Positions 50,201 to 59,801 of a stretch of 59,801 nucleotides of DNA are shown in pieces (position 1 is the stretch's first letter; every line of letters starts with the position of its first letter). A program made the position numbers and the translations under genes. Below the pieces are notes generated by a model. That model saw only the letters and a program-made list of their open reading frames with translations. It was not told the DNA's origin and made no database searches. The stretch lies in the NCBI GenBank assembly GCA_020536535.1, contig JAHLWZ010000762.1, positions 1-59,801 on the forward strand. Direction: 5' to 3'. This DNA is from Pelomyxa schiedti. Its lineage: Eukaryota; Protista; Evosea.

Positions 50201-51780
50201 CTGTCCCCCAGTTCGTTTGAGTTCCTCTGGAAGGTGTCCTCCAGTCTAATAAAAGACCTCCCCTCATCTGAGCTCACAAAGCTCTGCCAAGAGTTTGTGA
50301 ATATTTCCCTTGACATGATAAAAAAGATCCGGAAGGAAACAGAACCTGTAGTCACCGCCGAGTTCGCCACAGTTGCTTGCCTGCCAGGACCCCAACAATC
50401 CCAGCTGGCTGGATTGGGACTGGTGCTCTTCATATTACCATATTGCACCAGACATGAGGGGATATTTGCTGTGGACCCCCTTCGAGATAAAGCTTCCAGT
50501 ATGGTTAAAGAGTGTACCACCCTGATGGAAGTCATGAAGAGTCAGGCAGAGAAACTTCTCAATACTTTCCATTCTTCTCTAAGTCGCAACAATTTCGTGG
50601 AGGTTACAACTGTCCTGCCTGACATAAAGAGGTTGGAGTTAGGTCACAAGTGTCTGCAACCACTGGCAGCCCAGCTCCATTTGAATCACCCCACCTTCCC
50701 CACATTGGAGCAATTTTGTGACAAAGTTAAAGAACAACTCGCCAGTATCTCCGCTGAATGTGAGCAGAAACTGGATGCCCACACCCCCACCACCTTTGCA
50801 GAAGTTGAAGTGATCTGGAAATCTGAAGCTGCAGTGCATCACATGTTCAAGGAGGTACCTGAAACCACAGTCGAGTTTGAGATAAAGCAAAAGGTGACAA
50901 AGTTTTTCAACGAAAGGAATGCAACTGCTCTGAAACTGTGGAACACAGAGCCGAGGAATTATGCAGCAATAAACGAACTCCTGGTTCTGTTCATAAACGG
51001 CAGATCACTATGCGCCACCTTGAACATTGGGCCTCCCCAACAATTCATGGAGAAAGTGCTGGAGGGAGTAATGACAACTCATCCTTCACCGGATCCAAAC
51101 GAAGTTGTGAACATGCTCCATGACATTTCGACCCATAACTGCTTCACTATAATGTGTATGGACGAGTCTGGCTCAAGTGACGGAGGTCCCTGGACTTCCC
51201 TGAAGACCGCTGTTGACGGCTTTTGTACTCGGCGCAGCTCACTCTGCAAACAGGCTGGCTTCCCTTGTGAGGACAGGGTCTGGGTGATTGGGTACTCAGA
51301 CAGCGCCTTCCATCGAATACCAAGCTCACTGGAGGCAGAACCTGAACGTCTTGTTTCTGGACTTAGTTCCCGCCTTACTCACTTTGATGGTGGGATGACT
51401 TCTTTCCAAGCTCCACTTACTGCCGTCAAGCAAGTATTGGATGGATCCGGCCCCAATCGGAGGTCATCAGCATTTCCCTTTTTTTTCCCCCTCCACTCAC
51501 TGTTACAAATAGGCCTATTGCCGATATGATGAAAGTGCTTCTGTTCACTACTTATAGCAAGTGTGACGACGGTGATGCCGAAATGCAAAAGCTGTACAAC
51601 GCACACCCAGACTTGAAGGTGTTTGTCATTGGCTTTGGGGAGGGGTGTGATACTGAAAGGCTCAAAAGTCTGGCTGTGCAAGGTCATGGCTCTTACTTTG
51701 GTGGGCTCGACTCAGCGGCCCTTATGCGAATGTTTGACACTTTGGCCTCTGCCATCTCCGCCCTGGTGACTTACTTGAAG
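47240..51780 (+). CDS. AIG1/septin-like P-loop GTPase - ~950-aa helical region - VWA domain; in-frame TGA at 48284
   Basis: IVLLFGPTGAG|KT (intron ~47352-47411), VGHSKTSQT, VVDSPGFDDS. VWA motifs: IMCMDESGSS, GGMTSF, KVFVIGFG..CD..RLKSLA. ORFs 47393-48286 and 48299-51529 are in the same frame. Confidence 0.85.
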
Positions 51781-51817
51781 GTATCTATTCCACCCCCTTA
51801 ACTAATTTCCAATTTAG

Positions 51818-53236
51818 GGTTGTATGTTCAAAATTGAGGGTAGTGACTGCTGTGTAGGACAATCCTGTCCAATTCCTTTTCATCCCAGTTCCAGAGAGCA
51901 TCCATTCTGGATAGATGTACAACCAAACGCAAGCGGAGGCATGACTTCACCACTACCGGGACAGATGACACAGGGCAAGACTTGTTTTGAGGGAGCATCC
52001 CTTTTGCCAATAGGTTCTTATTTCATTGTTAACTATCGTTGAGCTTAACACTTATTCTTATTGATTTTTGGGTGGAGAAACTGCTTGGCACCGGCTCAAA
52101 TGCTGCTGTGTTCGAAGTGAAATTCCAAACCACAATATCCAATGGCAGCCTGACCCATTCCCCATCGTCATTGACTTCGTGTGCGAATGCTTGTGCTCCA
52201 GATTCTACAGCAGCAAAAACAAGAGACATGGTGATGAAGATCATTTTCAACTGGGAGAACGCACCCCAGCAGGCATTGTTGCAGAGCAAATACATGACTG
52301 AGTGTATTATCCTCTCATTGGTTCCAGATCACCCAAACGTGATCCACCCTCTTGGTGCTTTGGTACTCCCTTGGTATTTCCCCTCTTGCAAAATAGCACC
52401 TTTTTCAACTCAGCTACAGCATGTCAGCTGAGTTTGTGGAGAAAATCCCAAGTGACAAAATCTATTTCAGGGAGCAACTGGCCAACAACAAGTCACTGGC
52501 CATCCTCATGCCCCATTGTGGGATCACCTTGGCATCGTTCTTCTTGTCATCCTCCAGCAACCATTTGACGGTTGAACATGCCTGGAATCTGTTTTTTCAA
52601 GGACTCCGTGCCATCTGTCACATTGAGTCACATTTCGTTGTTCACAGGTTCCCAATTCCCAACTCCTCTCTATGTGACAAACAAAAACACAGGGAAATCA
52701 AGGGAGACAACATTCTCATTGACCCAGACACTGGCAAGCTGACACTGATCGACTTTGGTGACGCTCAGTGCTGCCCAAACATGGAGGCACTCGTGTCTGC
52801 CACGTCACAGGCATGGGGCAACCCAGGCACGATGCCACCAGAGCTGAGCATTTGCCTCAGGAAGATCACGACGGAAACCAGTGATGTGTTCTCATACTCG
52901 AAGTGTGACTCCTTTGCACTCGCCCTCACCTTCTGGAATGCCCTTCTACCACAGTCCAACAGGTTCATTGGGAGCACAATGAACCATGACATGAGCACCT
53001 TCAACACCCAGTCACTCCTCAGTCACTTCCCTGTCCCTTTGTTTTCTTTGGCAAGTACACTGTCACAACAGCAGGCGAGGGAATCACCACAAACACAAAC
53101 ACAACCACACCAATCCGTGGCAACATTACAACACCCACATGATAATGTGCTCGAGTCAGTGATGATTGGGATGATGAACCCTGACAAAGCAGCCAGGCTT
53201 GGTGCTGCTGATGCCATCCACTCACTCAATTCTTAG
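51818..53236 (+). CDS. PINK1-like protein kinase (probably spliced to the upstream GTPase-VWA gene)
   Basis: LLGTGSNAAVF, MVMKIIFNW, DHPNVI, SLAILMP, HR|EIKGDN, IDFG, GNPGTMPPE, KCDSFALA. A splice donor at 51781 precedes the VWA-frame stop. Confidence 0.8.
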
Positions 53237-53385
53237 AAGAGAGTAATTATGGGGCTCCTTGGTGTCACCAAAAGACGTGAGTGGATTAAACCGGTTTAAG
53301 GCGAAACCGTTTCCATCTTTTTTTTTTCTCTTCAACTGTCGCAAATCCGGCTTTTGGGTACTTTATGTGGGGAACACAAACCGAG

Positions 53386-56300
53386 ATGGACAGTGCTGAC
53401 AACTGCGTGTGGTCCCACAATGCGGCCCTGGTGCGTGCCAATGTAGACCAACAGCTGTTCTTCCGCTCGCTGGCATCGGCCTGCACGTGTGCAGCGAGCA
53501 GCAGTGCGGCCCATAATCACCATATTGTTGCGCCCTCGGCATCATCGTCGTCGTCAGTGGCGACTCCAAGTTGTACAACTACGACTACAACGGTGGCAGA
53601 AGTGGAGGCAAAACCACCAGAGACCAAACGACGCCGCGGCAGGACAACCACTGGCAACAGCGACATCATTATGGGAGGAGGAGGTTCCCCGGTTTCGGCC
53701 ATGGATCCCATCAAAAAAGAACCGCCTCTGCCAAAGACATCATCAGTAGCACAGAAGAGTGAAGATGGTGATTTTGTGTTTGGTGAGGCCGGTCAGGATA
53801 CACACAATTGTGGGTGTGGGACTGTGAGGAGGAACTTCAGGCCGCTCAAATTGTTGGAGTCTCATTCTGGCACTGGTGTGTCAGAATAAGTCTGATCGCG
53901 TTCTTGCATTCCCCAATTGTCTTATCTGTCTGACCACTTCTATTATTATTTAAGGATTGAAGTTTAAGGTGAGGTGCAAGGGAAAGGGACACCCCAAGTT
54001 GTTCAAGCACCAGTCATACATCCTCAAAGTACTTTTCAACTGCCCTGGAAGCGTTGGCATTATTGGGGAAGAGGAATCCAAGGCATTTGAGCATCCCAAC
54101 ATTCAGCAGCTTTTCTGCCAGTTCAAAGACACAATCCCGCTGGAGTTTTACAAGCAAATCCCAGCCTCCACAAAGGACAAAGTGTTTTCTCCCTCGGCAG
54201 TAAGCACATCATCACGAGTGTTCACTTGGATTGTTCTTGAGAACCACCCTGAGACACTCCAAAAACTCTTAGTAGCAACATCAACATCATGACTCGTCTC
54301 CAAAGTGCATCTCCCACAACAGCAACTGCCACCAGCAAAACACCATGGAGTATTGTTCACAAGTATTCAAGGGACATCAGTGCCGCTCTTGTTCACCTCT
54401 TCGTCAACAAAGTCGTTCACTTCAATCTTTCTTTGAACAACATTGCTGTCTCTTTTGTGTGTTGTTCGTTCTTCTAAATTTGTTAGTGCTCACAAATAAA
54501 ACAGAGCAAGGAACAAGTGATTCTGACGGACCTTATTGGTCACACATTGAAATTTGATGAGGAGAACAAGCCACCATTCACCAAGCTTCTTTCAGAATTT
54601 GTACTGGTGAAGAACACAAGACACGTGGCACCTGAGATTCTCAATGCAATTTCGCAGCAGGACCAGCAGCAGCCAGATGCAATTCTGAACTGTGAAATGG
54701 TGCGTGTAGAAGACACAACAATTACCTCTCTCTTCTTACAAACAACACACAGCAAGGATCATTTGGACTGGGATGCATTCTGTTTGAACTTGCAATGGGC
54801 GTTGGTAATCTCCCACTCCCTGGGTACCCTGCCAGATTCCGCCATGAACGTGATGGGCTGATACACTTTGAATTTGAGAGTGCAGAATCGTTCCCGATTC
54901 AGCCACCTTCATTCCCAAAGAAGTTCTGTGACCTCGTTCGTGGGTTACTTCAGTTTGATCCTTCAAAGAGGACTCCCCTTTGTGAAGCACACAGGATTTT
55001 GGTGGATGTCATTGAGCAGCCAAGCCCGGATGAACTCCTCTTGTTCTACAGTCACATTGTAAACCCCACGCACGCCGGTATGCATTTGAACACAATTCAA
55101 TAAAACCTAAACTGAACACAACAGGTGCACTTACATGCAAGGCAATGTGCCAACTCCACTGTGACAGTGTCCCAATTCCAGAAATTGTTTCCACCCTCCG
55201 TGATGCACTTAAAAACTGCCCATCCTTTCCCCCAGCTTTGCTTCTTCTCCATTACATCCATTTTGTTTCCACATCTTCCATGTTTGTAACAACACCAGTT
55301 ACCCTGGACCAGGCTGAGAAACAATGGATTGCCTCTGTTCTGTCTGATTCATCATCACTCAAGCCCTCCAGGATCTGTGTGAAGTTCAAGAGAGCCATCA
55401 TCAATAATCCCCACAGGAAAACGCTCCCCGAGTTGGTCTTGACGGCCATGTGGAACAGGCACCTCACCTGCCCCTTTGAGAGGCACCTTCTTCATCAGAG
55501 AAATTCCTTGGAGCCGCTTTATCACTCAATTCCAGAAGAAGGCCTTTGCTTGGACTGTCAACCTTTGAAAAGAAACACATTCCCACCATCTTCTGTGCTT
55601 TGGAAGATATTGACTGATTCACGTTCCATGCAACTTTATGAGCAGATGTGGAGGGACAAGATTTCTGCGTGTTCATGTAAGAACACCAACACACATCATG
55701 GCCTTTACCAAACACCATCAGATGCCTTGAAGCCTCGGAACGAAATGATGGTGAAAGCTCTTCTTCAGTTGGAGTTGGGGAACATCAGTTCTGCTGTTGG
55801 TCTTGTCTCACAGGCTTATGGCAATTTCACTAGTGATCCAGGCTGTTGTGGTAACTTTTCACCTTCTCTTTTTTCCCCAACACACCAACAGGGAGAGACG
55901 TGACAAATCAGCAGCACTTCCTCCCGGGGTTGTTGTTCCTTTTTGGGTTGCGAAAAATCACATCAAATTGTGAGAAGCTTTTCCATGAGAACACCACCCC
56001 TGAGTTATCACATGCTTTCTCACGTGCAATCTCCTACAATGACACTGAATTGATAAACTATTCCAAACATGTTCTGGCATTCAACAGAGCGAAGAATCCA
56101 GCTGTTATTGATGAGTGGAATGAGTTACTTTCCACTGTGTCAGCAAACATAATTCACAGAGTGAAGGACCGCAGGGAGGAGCCATCTCCAAGGAACAGGT
56201 GGTGTCAAACCAGAAAACTCAATCAGGAAGAAGCCTTTGTAATCACACACCTAGGATATGAACATACACTGTCAGGATGCTGGTCATTGATGTACTTTGT

Positions 56301-57048
56301 GGTGCTCTGGATGCACATTTGCATGAGAACAAACTGTGTACAGTTGCTTTTGAATGAGCTTTCAAAAATTCCCCCCTGCACTCTGCCAACAAGCCCAGCA
56401 GGCAGCACTGTCCAACCCATGTTGACAGGAGTGTGGAAGTTACTATTGGCCTGGTATTACAGAAGGAGTACACCCCACTCCCAGTGTGGTGTGGGCAAAG
56501 ACACAGCCAAGGCATTTTCACTGTTAGAGCAAGCAGTTGAATGTGGAAACGGTGAAGCACTCCTATTGCTTGGTACTAGCTACGAGAGAGGGAAAGGTGT
56601 CAGAACGGACACCACCAGAGCTATTGCACTGTATCAGAGGGCTGCTGATGCTGGCATCGCTGAGGCATTTCACCACATTGCAAACTGTTATTACTTTGGG
56701 AGGGGTGTGGCCAAAAATGTCGACAAGGCTGCAGTTCTTTTCCAGCAGGCCATTAATGCCGGCCATAGAGCATCAGCATATGACCTTGGGATTTGCTATC
56801 GCGATGGTGCAGGTGTTGTGGAGGATTCCAAGAAAGCAATGGAACTGTTCTACACGGCAGTGATGAACGAGGGGTGTGGCAGCAGTGAGGCCCTGGCAGC
56901 ACTTGGTTTTTGCCACCTTGAGGGTGATGGTGTGAGTGTCGTTGATGTGAAGACAGCAACGAAGTTCTTGAGGCTGGCTGCTGCAGACAAAGTTACTGAA
57001 GCACAGGAGGAACTCGACAAAATCATTCACCATGCGAGGCACCACTGA
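53386..57048 (+). CDS. PINK1-like pseudokinase with C-terminal Sel1-like repeats
   Basis: YILKVLFN, HPNIQQLFCQF; HFNLSLNN replaces HRD and TDLIG replaces DFG; APE present. Sel1 repeats: LGTSYERGKGVRTD..RA..LYQRAA, CYYFGRGVAKN, LGICYRDGAGV. Frameshift at ~54290. Confidence 0.85.
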
Positions 57049-57306
57049 TGCCATGAAAAACCAAAAGACTGCCCATCCTCCAGAACACAAATACCAGTAC
57101 ACAAATGGAAACGCACGGCAACTTCGTAACACTGGTAACTTTGTGAATTGGAGCCAAAAACAGCTCGTATCGGACAATTTTTTTTTTACCAACTTGGATG
57201 ATTCCCCCCTGGGAATCAGGGGCTAGGCCCGAACTCGGACTTCAACGAGGCTGTTTTTAAGTGGATTTGGGATTATTTATTTTACAGCAGAAGACAGGGT
57301 GTGTGA

Positions 57307-58723
57307 TCACGAGGAGGACGAGTGATCTGGGAAAGATGCAACGATTCCCGCCAGGCAAGCGGTAATGTGCCCCGTCACGTCGTTGTCAGTGCCACCAGCA
57401 GGTTCTGTTGTGGTGGAGGAGGGGTGCTGACGAGAAGGGGAGCGCAACGGCGGGACTGTTGTGCTTGTGCTTGTTGTTGGGTTTGTGGTTGTGCGTGTGG
57501 GTCTTGCTGTTGTGAACACAATCTCCGCACATGTTATCAGTATTTTCTCATTCGCCGGGAATGACGGCCGGTTGATTTCTGTATTGTTTGTAAGTCCAGG
57601 ACAAGAGACTGGAAAGAACACCCAACCGAGGATTGAGAGGCAGGACTCGACAGCGACGGAGAACAGATCAATGCACGCACGGTGGACGTTCTTCATCTTG
57701 GGCTCAGAATGTAACGCCGAAATGATTGCGATCCTACGGCCGAGGCACTCCGCAACGGGCATGTCTCCAATGTCTTCACAAAGCCGGTCAACTTCTGTGT
57801 GTTGTGAGATAGAGATAGAGACACAGAGAGAGAAAGAGACAGACAGACAAACCCGCGTTTTGTGCGGTGATGTTTTGTTTGTTGGGAGAAACGAACCGGC
57901 AATTTCAGGGGATGGCAGTGGTGACCTCTGGAGCTTCATAAACTCACCCATTTTGGCAAAGGACTTGGGGAGTGTGACTTCCGGGATGGTACCTTGGAGG
58001 AGTTCACTCAACAAAACTGCGAACTCCCACATGTCTCCTGGGATCAGGGTCAGAACGCAACCGAAGGTAAGAGTTCCACCTTGAATTCCGTAGTGACGAG
58101 TGTGCATCTGTGGAGGCAGGTAAATCGGTGTTCCTGCACCGTTTGTGAAGGTACCAAGTGGTGTTGGCCGAACTCCTCCTCCACCACTTCCAGGGAGACC
58201 ATTTCCAACGCTAGCTCTTGACACTCCTTTGGTAACCGTTAACTTGGAATGAAATGGTTGGAGAGAGACACCGAAATCAGCAATTTTTGGAGTTCCACAA
58301 GAATCCAAGAGAACGTTGTTGCTGCTCAGGTCCCGGTGCATGATATTCCTCCTGTGTTGTTTTAAACACAGTCAATACCAACCACAGCACATTACTTTCA
58401 TGAAAGAAAACAATTAAAAAAAGAGGCAAGGAGAAATCACAAACATGTGAAGTGCAGTCATTCCTTTCGCAATTCCTGAAGAGATCGCAATAACTTCCAC
58501 AAATGTCAAACTTTTCTGGTGTGCGTTGTGTGTCAGTATCAGTGTCAAAAGAAGCAAAGTTCGAGGGTGCATGGGGGGAGGAAGAAAAAGGCAAACAAAC
58601 GTGTTGAAGGAGTTGCCTGAGGCTCAATTCCATGAGTTCAGAGACGATCCAGAGTGACCTTGTGCTAGTGATGCACGTTCCAAGGCATCTCACAATATTT
58701 GGGTGCCTCAAACTCGACGAAAT
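57307..58723 (-). CDS. TKL-type kinase, paralog of 22981-26479; 5' part lost in the gap
   Basis: RHPNIVRCLG, HRDLSSNNVLL, DFG|VSR, GTPIYLPPQMHTRHYGIQ|GDMWE; same intron positions as the paralog. Confidence 0.88.
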
Positions 58724-58770
58724 CTAGTGTGGGGGTTGTTGTTAGCAAGTTGTTGTCAACCCAGGAGCAT

Positions 58771-58870
58771 NNNNNNNNNNNNNNNNNNNNNNNNNNNNNN
58801 NNNNNNNNNNNNNNNNNNNNNNNNNNNNNNNNNNNNNNNNNNNNNNNNNNNNNNNNNNNNNNNNNNNNNN
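58771..58870. other. Assembly gap (100 N)
   Basis: Run of n. Confidence 1.
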
Positions 58871-59801
58871 GAGCTGCAACTGATACGTTGGGCTTTTGGA
58901 GTGCAGGGCAATGTACAGGTGATCAATATGCCAAAGCTTGAATTGGTTTCCTTTGGTGCGAAGTTTGAAAGGTGTGCAGTTCCAAGTTTCCTTCTTGTCT
59001 TTTGACTTCCCCCAACAGAAACCCCTACTTGATGAACATTTCCTCACTCTGTAACCCCCACCTGCTGGTGCTAGAGTCGTTTACTTCCCGCGATAGCCCA
59101 AAACTGTGCTGTTCACAACTCAAAACACTCGCTGATACTGCCTACATTGAAAAGGGACTGACGTACGACGGTTGCGCCCCTTGTTGACCCATCTAATATT
59201 ATTGGTAAACTAGAGTCCTTCCACAGGGAGGGGGTGTTTACCTTCATAGACACCTTTCTTTTTTTCTTTTGAAAAACATTAGTTATCAGTGGCTGAAGAT
59301 ACGGAAAACCCAGTAGGGCCTTGATGAAGTCCCAACAATACTTGCATATCTGCTAGAGTGTTGTTTTTGTTTGGGTGGAACCGGGATTTCCCCTATCTTG
59401 ATCCACATTGTTAGTCTTTTTTGATGGTAAAATTGTGTTCTCCAACTTGTTGTGCATCTTCATTCTTTGGGTTGTTTCGTTAGGAATTTCCGGGCCGCGA
59501 GACCGCCGGTCGACTTTCGGGCTGTTTGTTTGGTTCGCGCCATCTGTTTAACTACGTTGGTTGTGGTCACTCTGTTACCGTGCAGTGCGATGGCATTGTC
59601 TCAATAACTTACAAGATGAATAATTGGCATGGTTTTTTTGTCTACGTACTTTTTAGGCCAGAGATGGCAGCTGACAACAGTTGGTTTGTCTGGTCATGTG
59701 TGGTGCTTAATAGACACAGGATAGCAAAAGCTTTCTGATGGATTGGGCCAAGGTGTCGGCAATTTCCTGGAGGTGAGTGAACACCATGATGGCAAACTGC
59801 A
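58871..59801 (+). repeat. Near-identical second copy or allele of 34680-35453 (3' ends of the L-domain gene and the acyltransferase)
   Basis: Collinear match with scattered SNPs and one replaced intergenic segment. Confidence 0.95.

Noticed and set aside
1-59801. Reassigned genetic code
   Set aside because: TAA, TAG and TGA all terminate genes at homologous ends, and the internal stops correspond to different expected amino acids.

Overview
Eukaryotic genomic DNA with short (~45-110 nt) GT-AG introns and a 100-N scaffold gap at 58771-58870. The gene families resemble those expanded in the archamoeba Pelomyxa; this attribution is inference from family style. There are no obvious housekeeping genes and no rRNA, tRNA or CRISPR arrays. 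The window is a fast-turnover cluster of signalling, ubiquitin and cell-death-type genes. It holds two SAM-domain plus caspase-like (paracaspase-type C14) protease genes, each followed by an ankyrin-like family gene, forming an inverted two-gene module. It holds two large GTPase-...-PINK1-like kinase loci (dynamin/mitofusin-like, and AIG1/septin-like plus VWA), each with a single in-frame stop after an AAC codon just behind the GTPase domain. It also holds ankyrin-ubiquitin-like-TKL kinases, a pseudokinase-Sel1 gene, an ankyrin protein with a C-terminal F-box-like motif plus its pseudogene, a secreted receptor-L-domain protein, a CoA-dependent acyltransferase, a ubiquitin-like fusion, a pogo-type transposase relic and a dispersed decayed repeat family. 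Many loci carry frameshifts; some look like real decay and others like homopolymer assembly errors. Gene models were spliced by eye and domain calls come from motif recognition, not database searches.
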